Of a stretch of 63,165 nt of DNA, positions 27,355-36,378 are shown in pieces (positions within the stretch are counted from its first letter, which is position 1; each line of letters opens with the position of its first letter). The stretch lies in assembly GCA_964596595.1 (NCBI GenBank), contig CAZQUI010000004.1:1-63165 (forward strand). Direction: 5' to 3'. The DNA comes from an uncultured Candidatus Saccharibacteria bacterium. GTDB taxonomy: Bacteria; Patescibacteriota; Minisyncoccia; Phycocordibacterales; PALSA-1337. The notes under the pieces are model-generated. The model searched no databases. It was not told the DNA's origin and saw nothing but the letters and a program-made list of their open reading frames with translations. A program made the position numbers and the translations under genes.

Positions 27355-28641
27355 ATGACCTCCCAGACCCAAAAACCTGAAACTATATACGATGTCGCTG
27401 TAATCGGCGGTGGACCAGCTGGAATGATGGCTGCTGGTAGAGCGGCTGAAAGAGGACTTTCAGTAATACTTATAGAGAAAAACGATACTTTGGGCAAAAA
27501 ACTACTTATTACTGGTGGAGGTCGATCGAATATTACCAATGCCACGTTTGATGAAAGAGAATTCCTTTCCAAATTTAAAGGCAGTGATAAATTTCTCTTT
27601 TCTGCTTTCTCTCAACATGGAGTAAAAGATAGTCTCGACTTTTTTCATAAACACAATATGCCAACAAAAGTCGAGGCTGAGAATCGTGTCTTCCCTATGA
27701 GTAATAGTGCTCAATCAGTATGGGATGTTTTAGTAAATAACATGAAACATCATAACGTTACGGTCCTATCAAATTCTCCAGTGACAGGATTTAACAGTGA
27801 AGATACTGCTGATGGAATGGAAATAGTCAAAAGTATTAAACTCAAGAAGAACCCTCACAGTCTCAAAGAAGTCCGAGCAAAATCTTTCATTTTAGCCACT
27901 GGTGGCACTTCTCGACCAGAAACTGGTTCTACCGGAGATGCACTTCCCTGGCTTACAAAACTTGGTCACACGATTATTGAACCCTCTGTTTCACTAGTCC
28001 CTGTACGCATAAAAGAACCTTGGGTAAAAAGACTTCAGGGAGTAACCTTGCGAGATATAAAAATTTCTCTCCTGCAAGACAATAAAAAAATTCAAACCAA
28101 TAAAGGTAAGATTTTATTTACCCATTTCGGTATTAGTGGTCCCACAATTCTCAACATGAGTCGAGATATTCGCGAACTTCTTTCGTACGGTCAGGCTTTT
28201 CTTTCACTCGATCTATTACCTACTCATGATTACAGTACTCTCAATACCGCTTTGCAAGAATTATTTAAAAAAGAAAGCAATAAAAAACTCAAAAATAGTC
28301 TCGATGAAATTATTCCGAGTGCCATAGTGCCAATTATTATAGAACAATCTGGTATTAATACTGACACTTTCTGTCACAGCGTTACTCGAGAAGAACGCCT
28401 CTCGTTAGTAAAACTACTCAAAGATGTACGCATGGAAGCAATCGGGCTGTTAGGTACAGATAAAGCAATCGTAAGTTCAGGTGGCGTGGCTCTACATGAA
28501 ATAGACTGGAAAACCATGCGCTCACGTAAAATCTCGAATCTCCACATTATCGGTGACGTACTCAATATCGATCGTCCTTCCGGAGGATATAGTTTACAAC
28601 TTTGTTGGACTACTGGTTGGGTAGCGGGTAGCAATTGTTAA
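27355..28641 (+). CDS. HI0933/YhiN (BaiN-like) FAD-dependent oxidoreductase
   Basis: IGGGPAGMMAA, GKKLLITGGGRSNITN, ILATGG, LFTHFGISGP, SSGGV, GGYSLQ. Confidence 0.93.
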   Translation: MTSQTQKPETIYDVAVIGGGPAGMMAAGRAAERGLSVILIEKNDTLGKKLLITGGGRSNITNATFDEREFLSKFKGSDKFLFSAFSQHGVKDSLDFFHKHNMPTKVEAENRVFPMSNSAQSVWDVLVNNMKHHNVTVLSNSPVTGFNSEDTADGMEIVKSIKLKKNPHSLKEVRAKSFILATGGTSRPETGSTGDALPWLTKLGHTIIEPSVSLVPVRIKEPWVKRLQGVTLRDIKISLLQDNKKIQTNKGKILFTHFGISGPTILNMSRDIRELLSYGQAFLSLDLLPTHDYSTLNTALQELFKKESNKKLKNSLDEIIPSAIVPIIIEQSGINTDTFCHSVTREERLSLVKLLKDVRMEAIGLLGTDKAIVSSGGVALHEIDWKTMRSRKISNLHIIGDVLNIDRPSGGYSLQLCWTTGWVAGSNC

Positions 28642-28704
28642 AGTCTTTACGTTGACTCATGAACAGTATACCTATATCGTATACTCAGAAATCCTTGAAA
28701 GCCT

Positions 28705-29601
28705 ATGAAGACACTTCAGTATCATTCTACTCCTCGGAAATATACTTTGTTATGGGACAAAAAAACATTATCGATAGTTATTAGAATCCATAAAGATTGT
28801 GTACGCACAGCACTACCGATTGCAGGTAATCGCTACATATTAGAAATGAGTCGTGCACTGGATGCGGATGGACTCTTTGATCACTTTGAAGGCAGCCTAT
28901 CAGCTGATTCCTTTGGTTTCAACCATCTCATTCGAAAAGCACATGAGGCTGGAAATTACATTGATTATTCCATGTATCTTCCACGGATTCACATCAATAC
29001 AACATTTGCTTGTGTTTACTGTGGAGGTAGTGGCAAAACAGAAGAATCTTACAGCGATAAATGTCTCAGGTGTGAAGGTTCGGGCAAAAAAGAGATATGG
29101 AATTGGCGAGAAGCCTATATTACAACCTTTAGTCTCAATCTTTTATTTACTACCCTTGATCTGTGCGACCACACATCGGCAAAAGAAAGACAGCATGTTA
29201 CTTTGCAAGTTTTATCTCAAAGAGGTCAACACGGGAGCTCCTTGGGAGGAACATTTGGAATCGAGTTTATGGATTTTATACGAGGGCAAAACTTTGCTCC
29301 AGATACTGGCGAACTTCGCAACACTATCAATTCTATGAGGTCTGCGTACAGCCGGATGATGAAGAGCGTTTATTCCAATATTCAAAGATTTGGTGCAAGT
29401 GTGAGAGATGGGTACCTCATACTCAATTGTCCGGGTGATGCTTGTGAAATTCACATTTCAGAACATGGGACCAGAACAGGAACCGGCGCACAATTCTCTT
29501 GTCACAATGTTGACACACCGGCACAAGCTCTAACTTTGATTACTGGTATTGCCTATCTGGTAAATTACGTTGACCAACAACTTCCAGCAAACACACCTTG
29601 A
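28705..29601 (+). CDS. hypothetical protein with DnaJ-type CxxCxGxG zinc finger
   Basis: CVYCGGSG...CLRCEGSG, plus CPGDAC and CHNVD; upstream TTGACT promoter element and downstream terminator. Confidence 0.75.
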   Translation: MKTLQYHSTPRKYTLLWDKKTLSIVIRIHKDCVRTALPIAGNRYILEMSRALDADGLFDHFEGSLSADSFGFNHLIRKAHEAGNYIDYSMYLPRIHINTTFACVYCGGSGKTEESYSDKCLRCEGSGKKEIWNWREAYITTFSLNLLFTTLDLCDHTSAKERQHVTLQVLSQRGQHGSSLGGTFGIEFMDFIRGQNFAPDTGELRNTINSMRSAYSRMMKSVYSNIQRFGASVRDGYLILNCPGDACEIHISEHGTRTGTGAQFSCHNVDTPAQALTLITGIAYLVNYVDQQLPANTP

Positions 29602-29638
29602 TTTCTCATTGGATTTTCAGGTTTTAGTTCAAAAACTC

Positions 29639-29669
29639 AAAGCGCAGCATTCACTATGCTGCGCTTTTT
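29639..29669. terminator. terminator between convergent 28705 gene and rplE
   Basis: aaagcgcagcat-tcact-atgctgcgcttt. Confidence 0.85.
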
Positions 29670-29698
29670 CCATAATAAAAATTATTATTATTATTATT

Positions 29699-30262
29699 TT
29701 ATTTCTTATTTTTTTTATCTTCTTCTTTCTTTAGAGGCAAACCTAGGTGTTCCAAAAATGCCAAAGTTTTATTTTTATCGTTTGAAGTTGTGACGATTGT
29801 GATACTCATTCCAAAAACATCTTTCAAATCCTCATCTGCTGTTTCAGCAAAAATAGTATGCTCTTTGATACCTAGAGTATAGTTACCCATAGCATCAACA
29901 GATGTCCTAGAAAGGCCACGAAAGTCTTTGGTTCGAGGCAAAGCAATATGAATAAGACGATCCAAAAATTCTGTCATGCGTTTACCGCGAAGAGTTATTT
30001 GGTAACCAACAGGGTCACCAACACGGGTTTTGAAAGAAGCAATAGCTTTTTTAGTTGCACGCATTGCCGGCTTTTGACCAGTGATTCTACCAAGTCTATC
30101 AGCAATTAATTCAATTTTCTTTTTGTCTTTAATAGAACCAAAACCACTCGAAATAACAATCTTTGAAAGACGTGGCGCTTGCATCGGGTTCTTGATATTT
30201 AAAGAACTTTGCAAAGATTTAAAAGAAGACTTATTTAATTCGTATGTGGTTGAATAATTCAT
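29699..30262 (-). CDS. rplE: 50S ribosomal protein L5
   Basis: PRLSKIVI, ITGQKP, AKKAIASFK-like motif, GMSITIVT. Confidence 0.97.
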   Translation of the reverse strand: MNYSTTYELNKSSFKSLQSSLNIKNPMQAPRLSKIVISSGFGSIKDKKKIELIADRLGRITGQKPAMRATKKAIASFKTRVGDPVGYQITLRGKRMTEFLDRLIHIALPRTKDFRGLSRTSVDAMGNYTLGIKEHTIFAETADEDLKDVFGMSITIVTTSNDKNKTLAFLEHLGLPLKKEEDKKNKK

Positions 30263-30272
30263 ATTTTTAATA

Positions 30273-30488
30273 TTACTTCTTCTCTACTTTTGAAGCATTG
30301 ATAGGCATTGGACGATCTACAACTTGCCCCTTTTGACCTTGTTTCCGTGGGCGTTCATGTTTTTTTACAGTATTGATACCATCAACAAGAATCATGCCGG
30401 TACGAGGAAAAGACTGTAAAACTTTTCCCGTCTTACCTTTATCATCTCCCGATCTTATGAAAACTGTATCTCCTTTCTTTACATGCAT
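30273..30488 (-). CDS. rplX: 50S ribosomal protein L24 (short)
   Basis: VKKGDTV..RSGDDKGKTGKV, VDGIN..KKH. Confidence 0.96.
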   Translation of the reverse strand: MHVKKGDTVFIRSGDDKGKTGKVLQSFPRTGMILVDGINTVKKHERPRKQGQKGQVVDRPMPINASKVEKK

Positions 30489-30505
30489 GATATTTAAATT
30501 AAAAA

Positions 30506-30877
30506 TTATACGATCTCAGCAGCCTTAGAAGCAATCGTCTTAAATCCAGCTTCGGCTATTTCCCTCGGAATTGGACCGAATATACGTCCAGCGATTGGTT
30601 CTTTTTTATTTTTTTCAATAATAACTACCGCATTTTCATCAAAACGAATATATGAACCATCTTTGCGACGAACTGGTTTGGTCTGTCTTACAACTACAGC
30701 ATGAAGAACATCTTTCTTCTTAACTGATTTTCGTGGTTCTGCTTTCTGAACAGAAAGAACTACTATTTCTCCAATTTCTGCATAACGTTTATGTGAAGCT
30801 CCGAGCACCTTGAAAATACGTCCGATCTTTGCTCCGGAGTTATCAGCGATATTAACGATCGAGCGTGGTTGTATCAT
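30506..30877 (-). CDS. rplN: 50S ribosomal protein L14
   Basis: MIQ..ADNSGA, RRKDGSYIRFDENAVV, RIFGPIPRE. Confidence 0.99.
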   Translation of the reverse strand: MIQPRSIVNIADNSGAKIGRIFKVLGASHKRYAEIGEIVVLSVQKAEPRKSVKKKDVLHAVVVRQTKPVRRKDGSYIRFDENAVVIIEKNKKEPIAGRIFGPIPREIAEAGFKTIASKAAEIV

Positions 30878-30878
30878 A

Positions 30879-31142
30879 TTATGAAATTACTTTAAATGAC
30901 TTTCTTTTTGAAATTGGTCTGCATGCTTGAATAGTGGCTTTTTCACCAATCTTCTTTGTATTTCCAACATCATGAGCAAGAAACTTTGTTCGGCGTGTCA
31001 TGTGTTTTTGATACTTAGCATGCTTTACATAACTTTCAACGACAACCACAGCAGTGTCTTTCATTTTATTAGAAACAACAACGCCACTAAAAGTTTGAGG
31101 CTTTTTTATGATTATTTCTGGTTGTGTCTTTGCTGTAGCCAT
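30879..31142 (-). CDS. rpsQ: 30S ribosomal protein S17
   Basis: GVVVSNKMKDT, AHD, CRPISKRK. Confidence 0.97.
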   Translation of the reverse strand: MATAKTQPEIIIKKPQTFSGVVVSNKMKDTAVVVVESYVKHAKYQKHMTRRTKFLAHDVGNTKKIGEKATIQACRPISKRKSFKVIS

Positions 31143-31165
31143 GTGATTTGTGATATTACGTGAAA

Positions 31166-31369
31166 TTAATTAGTTTGTCCAGGATTTTTCTTATTGTTTA
31201 TTTCCGTAAGTATTCTTGCTACGTCTTTTCTAAGAGTCCTTCCCTCTTTGACGTTTTTTGCTTTAGCGCCAGTTATACCAAATCTAAAAGCACGTAAAGC
31301 TTCATTTTTTTCTGAAATAAGCTTTATTAATTCAGCTGGGGTCTTAGTTTTAATTTCTTTCATTTTCAT
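31166..31369 (-). CDS. rpmC: 50S ribosomal protein L29
   Basis: LRAFRF, LRKDVARILT; position between rplP and rpsQ. Confidence 0.93.
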   Translation of the reverse strand: MKMKEIKTKTPAELIKLISEKNEALRAFRFGITGAKAKNVKEGRTLRKDVARILTEINNKKNPGQTN

Positions 31370-31378
31370 ATGAGTAAA

Positions 31379-31804
31379 TTATATTCTTCCCACAATTTTT
31401 GTTTTGAGTGGCAACTTTGTACCGGCTTTTCTTAGAGCTTCTGCAGCTACAACTGCTTCTACTCCATCAATTTCAAACATGATACGACCTGGACGAACTT
31501 CAGCGATAAATCCTACTGGATCACCCTTACCTTTTCCCATCTTTACTTCAGCTGGCTTTTGAGTAAAAGGATGGTCTGGGAAAATACGTATCCAGACTTT
31601 ACCAGACTTTGTTGCATAACGAGACATAACTTTACGAGCAGCTTCAATTTGATTTGACGTTACACGTGCATAACTCATAGCCTTTAGACCAAAAGATCCA
31701 AAAGAAACTTCTACACCGCGAGTCTCGTGTTTTTCAGCCTCTTTAACTGGGTGCTTACGCTTTGTAAAACGCTTGCGATATTTAACTTTTTTAGGAAATA
31801 GCAT
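31379..31804 (-). CDS. rplP: 50S ribosomal protein L16
   Basis: MLFPKKVKYRK, QIEAAR, VWIRIFPD, MGKGKG. Confidence 0.98.
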   Translation of the reverse strand: MLFPKKVKYRKRFTKRKHPVKEAEKHETRGVEVSFGSFGLKAMSYARVTSNQIEAARKVMSRYATKSGKVWIRIFPDHPFTQKPAEVKMGKGKGDPVGFIAEVRPGRIMFEIDGVEAVVAAEALRKAGTKLPLKTKIVGRI

Positions 31805-31840
31805 GTTATTAATTTTACATTTAAAATGTTGAATTTTAAA

Positions 31841-32509
31841 TTATTTTTGATCTTTCTTAAAAATCTCTCCCTTATATATCCAAACCTTGATACCAATATC
31901 ACCGTAAGTCATATGGGCTCTTTCGCGAGCGAAATCAATATCTGCACGCAAAGTCTGCAAAGGAATACGACCTTTCTTTAATGATTCTGATCGAGCAATT
32001 TCTGCACCACCAAGACGACCTCCAAGATATATGCGAATACCTTGAACTTCTTTATTAGCCATAACTTTTTCAATTGTCTGTTTCATGACTCTTCGGAAAG
32101 GTAAACGTTTTTCCAAAGCTTCAGCAACCATCATTGCAGCAATTGCTGCATTTGATTCAGGGTTACGAATTTCTTCAACGTCAACTTTAAAATCTTGACC
32201 TGGGAATTCAATCTTATTCTTTTTCAAAAGTGCTAAAATTTTTGCACGAAGCTTTACAACACCATCTCCAGCTTTACCTATGAGCATTCCCGGACGAGAA
32301 GTCTTTATGACAACTCTCAAAACTTTTTGAGTGCGTTCTATATCAACTCCACCAACATAGTTTGAACGAAGCTCTTTTTGTAAATATTCACGAATAAGAA
32401 TATCTGACTTCAGAGATGTTCTGTAGTTTTTATCTACCCCAAACCAACGACTTTTCCAATCGCGGATGATTCCAAGTCTATGAGAATATGGGTGAACTGT
32501 GTGTGACAT
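31841..32509 (-). CDS. rpsC: 30S ribosomal protein S3
   Basis: HP..RLGIIRDWKSRWF, RPGMLIG, GRLGGAEIAR, PLQTLRADID. Confidence 0.98.
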   Translation of the reverse strand: MSHTVHPYSHRLGIIRDWKSRWFGVDKNYRTSLKSDILIREYLQKELRSNYVGGVDIERTQKVLRVVIKTSRPGMLIGKAGDGVVKLRAKILALLKKNKIEFPGQDFKVDVEEIRNPESNAAIAAMMVAEALEKRLPFRRVMKQTIEKVMANKEVQGIRIYLGGRLGGAEIARSESLKKGRIPLQTLRADIDFARERAHMTYGDIGIKVWIYKGEIFKKDQK

Positions 32510-32518
32510 AAAATTAAA

Positions 32519-32887
32519 TTAATTACTTGTTTTCTTAACTTTCTTTGTACTCTTTTGCTCTTTTGGCGCCAATACCAAAACAACATGACTTGTACGCTTC
32601 TTTATTGGATGAGCAGACCCTCGAGAAACTGGCATAGAACGTTTAAGAACGTAACCTTGATTGACCATGATCTGTTTTACGTAAAGAGATTCTTTGTCTA
32701 AATTAAAATTATTTTTTGCATTGGCAATAGCTGAGTGTAAAAGATCACCAAGAGGACTTTTTGCCTTTTTTATAGCAAATGCCAATATTGATTCAGCATC
32801 AACAACTTTTTTACCTCGAATCATATCTGCTACGAGACGGACTTTGCGTGGAGAAATTCGGTGATTGCGAAGTGAGGCTGTAATCAT
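32519..32887 (-). CDS. rplV: 50S ribosomal protein L22
   Basis: RISPRKVRLVADMIRG, SAIANA, KRTSH. Confidence 0.98.
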   Translation of the reverse strand: MITASLRNHRISPRKVRLVADMIRGKKVVDAESILAFAIKKAKSPLGDLLHSAIANAKNNFNLDKESLYVKQIMVNQGYVLKRSMPVSRGSAHPIKKRTSHVVLVLAPKEQKSTKKVKKTSN

Positions 32888-32892
32888 GGTAG

Positions 32893-33234
32893 TTATTTAA
32901 CAGAAGCAACAGCTTCTTTGGCGGATTTTGCAGCAGCAATTTCGGCTTCTTTTGCCTTAAGCTCAATATCTTTTTGCATCTTTCCTCCATGACGAATAAA
33001 TTTTCGTGAAGGTGAAAATTCACCCAAACGATGGCCTACCATATCTTCAGTAACAAAAACATCGAGATGATTGCGACCATTATGCACGCCAAAAGTAAAA
33101 CCGACCATTTCTGGTGAAATTTGAGAGCGACGTGCCCAAGTCTTTATAGTACCAGTTTCAGTTGGCTTTTTTCCTGAGATCTTTTTTATAAGATTCTCAT
33201 CAACATATGGTCCTTTTTTAAGTGATCTTGACAT
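32893..33234 (-). CDS. rpsS: 30S ribosomal protein S19 with C-terminal Ala/Lys extension
   Basis: [29 protein letters not shown]. Confidence 0.98.
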   Translation of the reverse strand: MSRSLKKGPYVDENLIKKISGKKPTETGTIKTWARRSQISPEMVGFTFGVHNGRNHLDVFVTEDMVGHRLGEFSPSRKFIRHGGKMQKDIELKAKEAEIAAAKSAKEAVASVK

Positions 33235-33263
33235 AAAAATCGCTCCTGAGGAGCAGTTCAGGC

Positions 33264-33292
33264 ATGTTAACAGAGCCGTGGTTTTAAGTCAA
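33264..33292 (-). promoter_or_regulatory. sigma70 promoter for the rpsS-rplE segment
   Basis: TTGACT (33292-33287), 17 nt, TAACAT (33269-33264), TGn extension. Confidence 0.75.
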
Positions 33293-33586
33293 GAATTATA
33301 ATAACCATCTCTACATCTTTCTTATTGTGATTAGTTTCTGCCTATAATTCAAAAGAATTACTCAGACTATCATTATTAATGTCTTCTCGAGAGGCTTATG
33401 TAAAATAATAATGAACTGTGACAGTATTCATACCATCAATAAATTTAAAAGTTTGGTCAGGAGCATAAAATAAAATGAGATAAATAATGTATCTATACTT
33501 ATATACCACTCAACCTTTTATATTTGCAGTAATCTGTGGGTATCTTTTTTATATTAATAGTTTTCTGAATGCTATAATAAACTCTC

Positions 33587-34375
33587 ATGACACTTCCTTA
33601 TACCATTCTTATATTTGTAGGCATTATTATATTAGTTTTTGTATTAAAAAGACTTGGTTTAGCCATCTGGAACAAAATCAAAGAAAACGAGAACTTAAAA
33701 TACGAGTTTATCACAATCATTGCTCACAAATTCCGTACCCCCTTAACACAGATGAAATGGATTTCTGAAACAATGGTATCCGAAGAAAAAGACTCATATA
33801 AAAAAGAAAATCTTGAAAACATACACCACTCCACTCAACAACTCATAGATCTTACGGGTACACTTATAGAACTCACCGATTCAGACAATGCTTCAACAAA
33901 TTCATACAATTTCGAACATATAAACATATGTGAAATGGTAAAAAGTGTTGCTGACACATTTAAAAATAGTTTCCACGAGAAAAATATCTTTTTAGGTTTA
34001 CAGTGTGCTGCTCCGCAAATTTTTAGCAACATTGATAAACCTAGAATGGAATTTGTCCTTCAAACTATTCTACAAAATTCTATTACCTACTCACCCCCGG
34101 GAAGAAATGTAGAAGTTTTAATCTCCACAGAAAAAAATAGAGCCAAAATAACCGTAAAGGATCATGGTATCGGTATTGACCCAAAAGATATATCAAAAAT
34201 ATTTACAAAATTTTTCAGAACCTCAAACGCCCAAAGAACAGACACAGAAGGTTTTGGTATTGGACTATATTTGGCCCAAGCGATCGTTCGTCGTCATAAA
34301 GGAAAAATACTAGTTTTTTCTGAAGGTTTAGATATGGGAACAACGTTTGAAATTGTTCTACCGGTAACTAAATAA
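33587..34375 (+). CDS. single-TM sensor histidine kinase (HisKA, HATPase)
   Basis: HKFRTPL, NSITYS, VKDHGIGI, GFGIGL; TATAAT 8 nt before the ATG. Confidence 0.92.
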   Translation: MTLPYTILIFVGIIILVFVLKRLGLAIWNKIKENENLKYEFITIIAHKFRTPLTQMKWISETMVSEEKDSYKKENLENIHHSTQQLIDLTGTLIELTDSDNASTNSYNFEHINICEMVKSVADTFKNSFHEKNIFLGLQCAAPQIFSNIDKPRMEFVLQTILQNSITYSPPGRNVEVLISTEKNRAKITVKDHGIGIDPKDISKIFTKFFRTSNAQRTDTEGFGIGLYLAQAIVRRHKGKILVFSEGLDMGTTFEIVLPVTK

Positions 34376-34477
34376 ACTACCCCCACAAAATAAAAGAAAA
34401 TATTGATTCAACTTTACGTTTTGCAAAAGCTAAAATATTATTTATCACCATAAAGATAATGGCTATATTATAGTATA

Positions 34478-35332
34478 CTAACTACCACTTTTCATTAGGC
34501 GCCCTGGTTGACGACGAGATACGATGAAAACATTCGAATACTTCTTTGGAGTACGAGTTTTTTGACCTTTACCTGCTGGTTTACCCCAACGAGTTTTGAG
34601 TCTTCGTAATCCGCGACCTTGACGCTGTTCACCTCCACCATATGGGTGATCTACAGGATTTTGAGCGGTACCACGAACTGTTGGACGAATACCCATCCAA
34701 CGACTACGACCAGCCTTACCTATATTCACCAAACGATTTTCTTCATTTGAAACTGCTCCTATAGAAGCCCAAGCATCTTCGTGGATCTTTCTTACTTCAG
34801 TTGAAGGAAGTTTAATATGTGTATAACCAGCATCATTAGCGATAACTTGACCAAATGAACCACCTGAACGAACCATTTTAGCACCACTTCCCGGCTTTAT
34901 TTCAATATTGTATACAAAAGTACCTACAGGAATGTTTTTTAGAGGTAAACGATTCCCTGTTTCAATTGGTGCATTTTTGGAAACCATAAATGAATTGCCA
35001 ACTTTCATCGTTTTAGGCAAGATAACGTATCTTTTTTCGCCATCATTATATGAAACTAAGGCTATATAAGCAGTACGAAAAGGATCGTATTCAACTGTCT
35101 TAACAGTTGCACGAATATCTTTCTTATCATACATAAAATCAATAATACGATAGAGCTTCTTGTGCCCTGCGCCTTTGTGACGAACAGTTATACGTCCTTG
35201 AGAATTTCTTCCAACATCACGTTTAAAACCAACTGTAAGAGGTTTGTAAGGTTCAGTTGCTGTAACATACTGCTTAAACGGCAGAGTTGTCATGTGGCGA
35301 CGTGATTTACTTGTTGGTCTGTATGATTTCAT
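34478..35332 (-). CDS. rplB: 50S ribosomal protein L2
   Basis: GRNSQGRITVRHKG, VEYDP.R, GRSRW.G.RPTVRG, DHPYGGGE. Confidence 0.99.
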   Translation of the reverse strand: MKSYRPTSKSRRHMTTLPFKQYVTATEPYKPLTVGFKRDVGRNSQGRITVRHKGAGHKKLYRIIDFMYDKKDIRATVKTVEYDPFRTAYIALVSYNDGEKRYVILPKTMKVGNSFMVSKNAPIETGNRLPLKNIPVGTFVYNIEIKPGSGAKMVRSGGSFGQVIANDAGYTHIKLPSTEVRKIHEDAWASIGAVSNEENRLVNIGKAGRSRWMGIRPTVRGTAQNPVDHPYGGGEQRQGRGLRRLKTRWGKPAGKGQKTRTPKKYSNVFIVSRRQPGRLMKSGS

Positions 35333-35369
35333 GGTATTAAATGTAAAATAAAAAAATCAAAATGAAAAA

Positions 35370-35663
35370 TTAAACGAAATTAATCGTCTCACCTTTTTTA
35401 AGAGTTACGACTGCTTTTCTGATACCAGAAGTGACTCCTCTACGACCACGAACAAAAACATTTCGAGAAGGAAGATTAACAATAGAAACTTTAACTGGTG
35501 TAACTTTGTATAAATTTTTTACAGAACGAGCCACAGTCTGCTTATTGGCACCAGTAGCAATAACAAAAGTATATTTACCATTTTGACTTAATACACCAGA
35601 CTTCTCTGTAACATGAGGTCTGATGATGACATTATTTTCTTTTGTATTAACAGCATTTGTCAT
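35370..35663 (-). CDS. rplW: 50S ribosomal protein L23
   Basis: PHVTEKS, YTFV, RKAVVTL. Confidence 0.96.
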   Translation of the reverse strand: MTNAVNTKENNVIIRPHVTEKSGVLSQNGKYTFVIATGANKQTVARSVKNLYKVTPVKVSIVNLPSRNVFVRGRRGVTSGIRKAVVTLKKGETINFV

Positions 35664-35683
35664 AATAGTAAATAAATTTGAAA

Positions 35684-36352
35684 TTATTCGGCTTTGATTT
35701 TACTTGTAAGAAACTTTAATGATTCACCAGGATTTGTGATGACCAAATACTTATGATTCATAATAGAAACTGGGTTAATAGTACGAAATTCTTCCACAGA
35801 AACATTACCAAAATTACGGAAACTTTTTGATGTTGACTCAGCGGCTTTATCTAGAGTAATAAGAGCGACATTTTTTGGTTTTGTAGAAAGCTTTTCATAC
35901 CCTTTTATCTTTGAAAGCGATACTAAAATATTTTTTGCCTCTTTTGCTTTTGGTGTAGAGAAACTTAGACTATCTACAAACAAAATTTCACCGTCTTTAA
36001 ATTTACGAGAAAGTACTGTAAGTAATGCTTTTGTTTTAGTTTTTTTGTTGATCTTTCGAGAATAATTTTGCGTATTACGTGGTCCATGAGCAACTCCGCC
36101 ACCAACCCAAATAGGAGAACGTGTTGAACCATGACGAGCACGACCCGTTCCTTTTTGTTTCCAAGGTTTCTTACCTCCTCCGCTGACCTCACCACGAGTC
36201 TTTGTGTGAGCGATATTTTTTCTGGAATTAGAATTCATTAGACGAATAACTTCGTGCACCAAGTCTGCATTCCAAGGAACATCGAAAATACCCTTTGGTA
36301 AAGTGAATTTACCTGCTGATTTACCTTCTTGATTGTATATTGATGTCTCCAT
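35684..36352 (-). CDS. rplD: 50S ribosomal protein L4
   Basis: HTKTRGEVSGGGKKPWKQKGTGRARHGS.RSP.WVGGG. Confidence 0.99.
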   Translation of the reverse strand: METSIYNQEGKSAGKFTLPKGIFDVPWNADLVHEVIRLMNSNSRKNIAHTKTRGEVSGGGKKPWKQKGTGRARHGSTRSPIWVGGGVAHGPRNTQNYSRKINKKTKTKALLTVLSRKFKDGEILFVDSLSFSTPKAKEAKNILVSLSKIKGYEKLSTKPKNVALITLDKAAESTSKSFRNFGNVSVEEFRTINPVSIMNHKYLVITNPGESLKFLTSKIKAE

Positions 36353-36378
36353 AAAAATAAAGGATATTGAATGATTTT

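Noticed and set aside
28853-29338. 161-aa same-strand alternate-frame ORF inside the zinc-finger gene
   Set aside because: No start signals or motifs, and no slippery site seen
29682-29698. (AAT)n run after rplE as tandem stop codons
   Set aside because: Out of frame with the rplE stop; a simple AT microsatellite
33300-33520. Protein-like minus-strand frame broken by stops between rpsS and the kinase
   Set aside because: Could be a decayed gene, but fragments are under 40 aa in very AT-rich DNA with no recognisable motif
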